A stretch of DNA of 51,137 nucleotides from a bacterium (lineage in GTDB: Bacteria; Bacteroidota; Bacteroidia; CAILMK01; JACPUW01), in contig WGNN01000010.1 in the NCBI GenBank assembly GCA_016124515.1, forward strand, positions 1 to 51,137, written 5' to 3'. Below, piece by piece: positions 44,616 to 51,137 of the stretch. The notes beneath the pieces are model-generated. The model worked only from the letters and a program-made list of their open reading frames with translations. It did no database searches and was not told where the DNA came from. Position 1 is the first letter of the stretch; every line of letters starts with the position of its first letter. Both the position numbers and the translations under genes were made by a program.

Positions 44616-47600
44616 TTGCAGCCATACAGGGGTAAAATTTTAACTTCAACCAATTTGTTTTCTACCATAAATAAATATCATAAAAGCACTGCCAAAAAGC
44701 AACCTGACACCACAGTTAAACACTTATTGGCTGCCTTTTTTGTGTTGTGTTTTTTGCTTTTATCGTTTGTTTCCAAGGCCCAAATGTCGGGTGTTTATTC
44801 CATTAAGCCATCAGCCACGGGTAGCAGAAACTTTACTTCATTCGCCGATGCGGTCAAAAGCCTGAACAAAGAAGGAGTGGCTGGCAGTGTGTTGTTCAAC
44901 GTAGCACCCGGGCAATACAATGAGCAGCTTGTGCTGAGCGAAATTAAAGGTGCCGGTGCTTCAAATACCATCACTTTCAGAGCCCAACATCCCGATTCGG
45001 TGCTTATTACTTACGCAGCCACCTATTCAGGCAAAAGGGCAACCATCAACTTTTCAGGAGGCGATTATTTTGTTTTCAAAAACATGAAAATAAAAAGCAC
45101 GGGTCTCATCAGAAACAATGTTGTTTTCTCAAACGAAGCCAACTACAATGTGCTCGATAGTTGTGTTTTTGAAATGGAAGGCAGCAGCAGCAATTACCGC
45201 AATATTGTTTTTGCATCTGAAAATTGGGACGGTGGATCGCATGGCAATGGAAACATTATTTCGAATGCTGCTATTTCAGGCGGATATTATGGTTTGCAAT
45301 TGATTGGCAAAAGCAGCAAAACAAGCGAAACCAACAGCAGCAACCAGTTTTTGAATATTGTCTTTACCAATGTCTATTATTTTGCAGTTCATAATTCGTA
45401 CGGAAACGGAAACCTCTTTAGCAAATGCAGTTTGGCCACCGAATACTCCTACGGTTTTCCATACTATGCCTACAACGCAACGGAAAACAAAATTGATAGC
45501 TGTGTAATTGATGGTGGCGGTTATGGTATTTATAACTACGCCGGGGTGAAAAACATTTTCAGCCACAACAAAATTTACAACCAACGCAACTATAATGTCT
45601 ATAACTACTATTCAAATGCCGATGAGTATGCTTATAATGAAATGACAAATGCGGGCTTTTATAATTTTTATCATTCGCGCGGACAGCATCTTAAGTTTTA
45701 TAATAACAGCCTTACAGGAGGTGGGAAATACAGTTACTACAATTTTGCAGCCTACAATTCGCTATGCGATTCTATTTGTGCAAATGATGTGTCAATAGCA
45801 GGAACCTATAATTTTATGCTATACAATTGCAACAAATCATTGTTGGCCAACAACCTAGTGTATGGTGGTTTCAAGGCCCAAAACAACAATGAGTGCAACG
45901 TATATTTATATAAAAGTGATGATATAAGATTGTACCACAATACCTTGTACAACCAAGGAGGCGGTGGTAGCTATCTGGGCAATTTTGCCTATGCGCTTCC
46001 ATCAAATATTTACAATTATTCATCAAACCGAGCTGATGTGCGAAATAATATTTTGGTGTATGACGGTAATTTTACAAACGGAGTAAATATTGCCATTTAT
46101 CAGGGAACATTCAAATACCTGGAATACAACAATTACGAGAGTTCAAAGTCGGTTTGCATAAACTACAGCAGCTTGTACAACAGCCTCAACGATTGGCGCA
46201 GTGCCGAATCTGCTTACAATAAAAATGCATTTGCTGTAGCCACTTATTTTGTTGACAGGGCCAAAGGCAACTTGCATTTGTCGCCAAAACACGCAGTACC
46301 ACAGGGCGATACGCTTGGTATTCATGTTGACATTGATATGGACAAACGCTGCCAATTGGGCCAAACCATAGGCGCCGATGAGTCGAAATATGCCTTGGGA
46401 TTGCCTAAGGCTGCATTTGTGGTTGATGATACTGTTTTTGTAAACCACCAAACGGTATTTCTCAATCAAAACAGCGGACGGCCTTGGTTGCGGCATTTTT
46501 GGTACCTGAATGGAAGCCTCGTTTATAGCGGCGACAACTTGCAACATACGTTTACCACATTAGGAAAACAGCAAATAATGTTGGTGACACAAAATTGCAG
46601 CGGCTCTGATACATTCGAAAAAACGGTATGGGTTGACACGGCGCAGTTGGCTCCAAAAGCCGATTTTGTGGTTATGAAAAAGGAAGTAGAGCTGTATGAC
46701 CAAGTGGAAGTAAAAGACTTGAGTAGCCACGGTCCTGACAAATGGCGCTGGAAAATTTATCCTGATTCATTCTACGACGAAGTGGTGGGGCAAAACCAGC
46801 CGTGTTATTATTATTCAAAAGGGAGCAGTGCCGCCAGCGAAAATCCAAAACTCGTGTTTGTGTATCCGGGTTTGTATTCTTTTCAGCTCCTAGCGCAAAA
46901 CAATGCCGGACTCGATTCTTTATTTAAACAGCACATCCTTACCGTAAGGGCCACAAGTATGTTGTGTCAATACGATACTAAAACCGATGTGCCTTCGGGT
47001 ACGCTTTATGACGATGGGGGAGCCACGGGCAACTATAAAAATAATGCCAATTGCGGTTTTTTAATAGACCCTTGTGCCACTGAAGTGCGTTTGTTTTTCA
47101 GGCAGTTTGATTTGGAGCAAGGCAAGGACTTTCTGCGCATTTATGATGGAGTCGATAATAATGGCAAACCCCTGTGGAACATGGATTACTACGGCGTGGA
47201 TGGAATAACAGGAAATATGGCCACTGCCGGATTTGACACCATTATCTCGGCAAACAGCGGCAGGATGTATATAGAATTAATATCTGATTCTGAAAACAAT
47301 GCCGCCGGATTCAAAGCCGAATGGACCTCGGTTCCGGGTAAATTTGCCAAACCCACAGCCAAGTTTGATGTGGCTGATTCTATTTGTCTCGGGCACTTGG
47401 TGAGTTATGAAAACTTGTCGAGCGGCGATATAAAAAGTTATAGTTGGAATTTCGGCTCCAGCAATTATTCCGTTTCTGACAAAGAGTTTCCAGAGTACGT
47501 TTATTATTATCCGGGAAAATATAAAGTGAGTCTTGTGGCTGCCGGTTGCGCAGGTACCGATACTTTTTCAAAGTGGCTTACTGTATTTAAGTCAGCCAAA

Positions 47601-49790
47601 AAACCGGTGGCTAATTTCAGCGCAAACATCACTAGACCAGTTCTGAATGAAGAAGTACAATTCGCTGCAAAAACCAAAAATTGTGCAGAGAAATTGCAGT
47701 GGTTTTTTTATCCTTCAAATGGGGTAGCCTATCTCGGTCAAACCAACGATAGCAGCTACCTGCCAAGGGTAAAATTTACCAAAAGCGGCAAATATGATGT
47801 GGCATTGGTTGTATCTAATGGCAATGGCACCGACACGGTTTACAAACCCGATTTTATAGAAATAATAGACTATTGCTCGCCTGACGTGAGCCAATGGGTT
47901 AGCGATTTGCGCATAGACAAGGTAGAACTGAACGGCCTGCCTGAAATGAAAGTCGATGCATCGACAAACGACAAGGAATACTTGAATTTTGGGCAGCAAA
48001 ATACCCGCATTGAGCGCGGTTCGTCTTACACGCTTAAGGTTAACCGTTTTGCTGCTAAAAATAAAATTCACCGCACCGCATGGATTGATTGGAACCAAGA
48101 CGGCACTTTTAGTAAGTCTGAAATTATAGGCGACGAAACCTACAGCGGATCTTACAACCGCAGGGTGGATTTCAATTTTACGGTTCCAAAGAACGCAAGA
48201 AAGGGCGGCACCCGAATGCGCATTGCCGTAAATGCCGGCGGAAAACCCAACAAAGCTTGCGGAACCAATGCTTTCGGGCAATTTCTCGATTTCCAAATAT
48301 TTGTTTCCGGCGATGAAACACCACCGGTAGTTGCGCTAAAAGGGCCTGATACAGTCTATATCAATCAATGTGAAACTTATATGGATAGCGGAGCAACCGT
48401 TTGCGATAATATTGACGGTTGCGGTTTGAAATTTTCTGTTGTTGGTAGTGTAAATACATCAAAACCAGGTGCTTATAAGTTGGAGTATGTGGCAATGGAC
48501 AGTGCCGGAAACAGGGCCGCATCGGTGGAACGACTCGTGGTGGTAACACCCGACAATGTAGCACCAACGTTGCTGCTTGCCGGCGGCGATACGCTGTATG
48601 TTGAAGTAAATACGGCCTTTAAAGACCCCGGTTTTGTGGCCACCGATGCCTGTACCAAACCAAAAGTGAGTATTGTAGGCCATGTAGATACAACTACCAT
48701 TGGCAGCTATTACCTGCACTACTTTGCCGCCGATTTTTCAAACAGCAGCACCGCGCAAAGAATTGTTATTGTGCAGGATACCACAGGGCCGCATGTGTCA
48801 TTAATTGGCGCTGATACACAATATGTTGATGTGTTTGCAGATTATGTGGACTCAGGTGTTGTTGCCACCGACAATTATTGTGATCGCGATGCAATTTCGG
48901 TAACCTACACATCAAATGTGATAAGTTCAAAACCCGGCACTTACAGTGTAAATTATACAGCAGCCGATGCTTTTGGCAATAAGTCACGACCTGTTATTCG
49001 CCGGGTAATGGTGGTTGACCGCACGGCACCTGTTGTCTCTCTCATTGGCCCCGATACGTTAATGGTTGAAGTTTTTACCCAGGTAAATGATTTGCTTGCA
49101 CAGGGAATAGACCAATTGGATGGTGATTTGGGTTTGCCTGTGAAGAGTGGCAGTTTTTACCAGAATTTCCCCGATGGACAGCCAACAGATATCGGAATCT
49201 ACGACGCACAGTACGTTTTTTCAGATTTGAGCGGAAATAAAGACAGTGCCACACGTACCATAATTGTGGTCGATAGCGAAGTACCATTTATCAGGCTCAA
49301 GGGCGGTTCGGTGTTGTCGGTGTGTAGATGGGAAGCTTACAAAGACCCGGGCTTGGTGGTTGACGACAACTACGACCAAAAACCAAAGGTGGTTATGGAC
49401 GCCAGCAACCTCAATATCAACAGTCCGGGCGACTACTACATTACCTATTTTGCCGAAGACCAATCGGGCAATAAATCGGCTATTGTTACCAGAAGGGTTA
49501 CGGTGGAAGATTGCCCGAATAGCATAGAAGAGACAGCAGAAATAAACCAACTGAATGCGTGGCCCAATCCGGCAAGCGAGCAGGTGCATATTGAATTTGC
49601 CTTTGCCGAGGCACTTTCGTGCAACCTTAGTTTATACAATTCACAAGGGCAATTAATAGGTGTTTTGTACCAGGGAATTACCAAAGGTGAGCTCTTGCAA
49701 GCCAATGTAGCCAAGCTCTCAGCCGGTATGTATGTGCTGAAACTGAGCACCGCACAAGGGCTTAATTTTCTGCGTATTACGGTTCGGTAA
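44616..49790 (+). CDS. Large T9SS-secreted surface protein: beta-helix, PKD repeats, CUB, GEVED-like domain, five DUF5011-like Ig repeats, type-A CTD
   Basis: SFADAV...VAPGQYNEQ followed by Asn/Tyr-rich beta-helix coils; PKD units (PKAAF, PKADF, PTAKF, PVANF); CUB (DDGGATGNY...DFLRIYDG...GFKAEW); AWIDWNQDG...TRMRI; five D..P...L.G repeats; AWPNPAS...GMYVL. The start codon is uncertain. Confidence 0.88.
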   Translation: MQPYRGKILTSTNLFSTINKYHKSTAKKQPDTTVKHLLAAFFVLCFLLLSFVSKAQMSGVYSIKPSATGSRNFTSFADAVKSLNKEGVAGSVLFNVAPGQYNEQLVLSEIKGAGASNTITFRAQHPDSVLITYAATYSGKRATINFSGGDYFVFKNMKIKSTGLIRNNVVFSNEANYNVLDSCVFEMEGSSSNYRNIVFASENWDGGSHGNGNIISNAAISGGYYGLQLIGKSSKTSETNSSNQFLNIVFTNVYYFAVHNSYGNGNLFSKCSLATEYSYGFPYYAYNATENKIDSCVIDGGGYGIYNYAGVKNIFSHNKIYNQRNYNVYNYYSNADEYAYNEMTNAGFYNFYHSRGQHLKFYNNSLTGGGKYSYYNFAAYNSLCDSICANDVSIAGTYNFMLYNCNKSLLANNLVYGGFKAQNNNECNVYLYKSDDIRLYHNTLYNQGGGGSYLGNFAYALPSNIYNYSSNRADVRNNILVYDGNFTNGVNIAIYQGTFKYLEYNNYESSKSVCINYSSLYNSLNDWRSAESAYNKNAFAVATYFVDRAKGNLHLSPKHAVPQGDTLGIHVDIDMDKRCQLGQTIGADESKYALGLPKAAFVVDDTVFVNHQTVFLNQNSGRPWLRHFWYLNGSLVYSGDNLQHTFTTLGKQQIMLVTQNCSGSDTFEKTVWVDTAQLAPKADFVVMKKEVELYDQVEVKDLSSHGPDKWRWKIYPDSFYDEVVGQNQPCYYYSKGSSAASENPKLVFVYPGLYSFQLLAQNNAGLDSLFKQHILTVRATSMLCQYDTKTDVPSGTLYDDGGATGNYKNNANCGFLIDPCATEVRLFFRQFDLEQGKDFLRIYDGVDNNGKPLWNMDYYGVDGITGNMATAGFDTIISANSGRMYIELISDSENNAAGFKAEWTSVPGKFAKPTAKFDVADSICLGHLVSYENLSSGDIKSYSWNFGSSNYSVSDKEFPEYVYYYPGKYKVSLVAAGCAGTDTFSKWLTVFKSAKKPVANFSANITRPVLNEEVQFAAKTKNCAEKLQWFFYPSNGVAYLGQTNDSSYLPRVKFTKSGKYDVALVVSNGNGTDTVYKPDFIEIIDYCSPDVSQWVSDLRIDKVELNGLPEMKVDASTNDKEYLNFGQQNTRIERGSSYTLKVNRFAAKNKIHRTAWIDWNQDGTFSKSEIIGDETYSGSYNRRVDFNFTVPKNARKGGTRMRIAVNAGGKPNKACGTNAFGQFLDFQIFVSGDETPPVVALKGPDTVYINQCETYMDSGATVCDNIDGCGLKFSVVGSVNTSKPGAYKLEYVAMDSAGNRAASVERLVVVTPDNVAPTLLLAGGDTLYVEVNTAFKDPGFVATDACTKPKVSIVGHVDTTTIGSYYLHYFAADFSNSSTAQRIVIVQDTTGPHVSLIGADTQYVDVFADYVDSGVVATDNYCDRDAISVTYTSNVISSKPGTYSVNYTAADAFGNKSRPVIRRVMVVDRTAPVVSLIGPDTLMVEVFTQVNDLLAQGIDQLDGDLGLPVKSGSFYQNFPDGQPTDIGIYDAQYVFSDLSGNKDSATRTIIVVDSEVPFIRLKGGSVLSVCRWEAYKDPGLVVDDNYDQKPKVVMDASNLNINSPGDYYITYFAEDQSGNKSAIVTRRVTVEDCPNSIEETAEINQLNAWPNPASEQVHIEFAFAEALSCNLSLYNSQGQLIGVLYQGITKGELLQANVAKLSAGMYVLKLSTAQGLNFLRITVR

Positions 49791-49978
49791 ACACCTTTTT
49801 CAATTTATTGTTTGGCAATTCCACACAATGGAGCGACAACTTTGATGTGGCCATTCCCCGGCTTTTTGCCAGCCTTCCAATCTTTGAAAGAAATGTGCGA
49901 TTAACCTGCGCAAAAGACACAAATCAAATGTTTTTCAAAAAAAAGCGATGCACGGCACAAGGCATTTGCTATTGCCGT

Positions 49979-49986
49979 TAATTTTG
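49979..49986 (+). promoter_or_regulatory. Bacteroidota -7 promoter element for the GH3 gene
   Basis: TAATTTTG matches TAnnTTTG, 21 nt upstream of ATG 50008. Confidence 0.5.
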
Positions 49987-50007
49987 AAACGGTCACAACA
50001 GCATTAA

Positions 50008-51137
50008 ATGAGTATCTCAAGGGGAATATATACGTGGTTTTTCAAGAAGAGGCTTGAGCAAATAGACAAGGTAAAAACCGACCCCGAAAGGTGTCAGCAA
50101 CAGGTATTTAAAACCTTGTTGGTGCAGGCGCAGGAAACCAAGTTTGGGCTCGATCACCATTTTCATCAAATCAACAACCAACTTGATTTCAAGAAGCAAA
50201 TCCCTATCAGAGATTACGAAGCCATAAAACCCTACATCATGCGGGCCATGGAAGGGGAGTATGATGTGCTGTGGCCGGGTCAGGTCCGTTGGTTTGCCAA
50301 GTCATCAGGCACCACGCAAGACCGCAGCAAATTTTTGCCTATCACTGCCCATTCTTTGGAAGAATGTCATTTTCAAGGCGGTAAAGATGTGTATGGCGTG
50401 CATTTGAACAACCACCCAACAAGTGAGTTTCTCGATGGCAGATGCCTGGTTTTGGGCGGCAGTCACAGCATCAACCAACTCAACGAAAACTCTTACTACG
50501 GCGACTTATCGGCCATCATTACCCAAAACCTGCCCATTTGGGCTGAGCTCCTGCGCACGCCCGATTTGAAAACCGCATTGCACCCCAACTACGAAGAGAA
50601 AATAGAATTGCTCGCGCAAAAAACCATCAATAAAAACGTGACCAATATTGTGGGAGTGCCCACTTGGACCGTGGTTTTGTTCAACCGCGTGCTTGAAATA
50701 ACCGGCAAAGACCACATAAACGAGGTGTGGCCCAACCTGGAATTGTATGTACACGGCGGTGTGAGTTTTGAACCTTACCGCGATTTGTTCAGGCAGTTTA
50801 TTCCCAGCGAAAGCATGTCGTATGTAGAAACCTACAACGCATCGGAAGGTTTTTTTGCTTTTCAAGACAATCCCGCAGAAGATGGCATGTTGCTGATGCT
50901 CGATTATGGAATTTATTATGAGTTTATCCCCATGGAAGAAGTGGGCAAAGAACAACCGCAAACCATTTCGCTGAGCGAGGTGGAGCTGAACAAACACTAC
51001 GCGCTGGTAATTTCTACCAACGCGGGGCTGTGGCGCTACCGAATTGGTGATACGGTAAAATTTGTATCGCTAAAACCCTATAAAATAAAAGTAAGTGGCC
51101 GTACGAAGCATTTTATCAATGCCTTTGGCGAAGAGCT
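50008..51137 (+). CDS. GH3 (auxin-responsive promoter) family acyl-adenylate-forming protein, 3'-truncated
   Basis: Manual translation from ATG 50008: MSISRGIYTWFFKKRLEQI...WFAKSSGTTQDRSKFLP...YNASEGFF...WRYRIGDTV...GRTKHFINAFGEE. It is absent from the ORF track because it has no stop codon in the window. Confidence 0.93.
   Translation, partial: MSISRGIYTWFFKKRLEQIDKVKTDPERCQQQVFKTLLVQAQETKFGLDHHFHQINNQLDFKKQIPIRDYEAIKPYIMRAMEGEYDVLWPGQVRWFAKSSGTTQDRSKFLPITAHSLEECHFQGGKDVYGVHLNNHPTSEFLDGRCLVLGGSHSINQLNENSYYGDLSAIITQNLPIWAELLRTPDLKTALHPNYEEKIELLAQKTINKNVTNIVGVPTWTVVLFNRVLEITGKDHINEVWPNLELYVHGGVSFEPYRDLFRQFIPSESMSYVETYNASEGFFAFQDNPAEDGMLLMLDYGIYYEFIPMEEVGKEQPQTISLSEVELNKHYALVISTNAGLWRYRIGDTVKFVSLKPYKIKVSGRTKHFINAFGEE

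Noticed and set aside
45300-46200. Low-GC stretch in the giant protein as a foreign insertion
   Set aside because: The Asn/Tyr-rich composition of the beta-helix coils accounts for it.
48310-49510. Periodic sequence as a CRISPR array or DNA tandem repeat
   Set aside because: The repeats are degenerate protein-level Ig-like domains within one ORF, with no identical direct repeats or spacers.
50017-50997. Minus-strand ORFs 50017-50199 and 50506-50997
   Set aside because: They are antisense to the GH3-family gene on the plus strand.

Overview
A 51-kb chromosomal window from a Bacteroidota bacterium. The assignment rests on T9SS type-A C-terminal sorting signals, TAnnTTTG -7 promoter elements, a Bacteroidota-type TopA C-terminus and dnaA with no adjacent dnaN. 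Housekeeping genes include topA, dnaA, rsmE, an RsmI-like methyltransferase, a CoA-transferase, a CNNM/CorC protein and a DAACS symporter. The secreted and envelope set is large: three tandem pappalysin-like M43 proteases, an atypical M4 protease, a ~1700-aa multi-domain T9SS surface protein, two OmpA-C proteins, AsmA plus a TonB-dependent receptor, a heterodimeric ABC exporter, and the 3' end of an M23/TPR-barrel/TPR operon. A GH3-family gene missing from the ORF track runs off the right edge. The main observations outside the ORF track are a probable 6S-like ncRNA (26965-27100, minus strand), a cysteine-free IscA/HesB-fold protein heading a four-gene operon that ends in a class 3 asparaginase, a perfect 20-bp palindrome upstream of asmA, a codon-anomalous patch in one M43 catalytic domain, and a DnaA-box-like AT-rich region upstream of dnaA. 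I saw no CRISPR array, tRNA, rRNA, integrase or transposase. Family calls come from motif recognition by eye, not from database searches.
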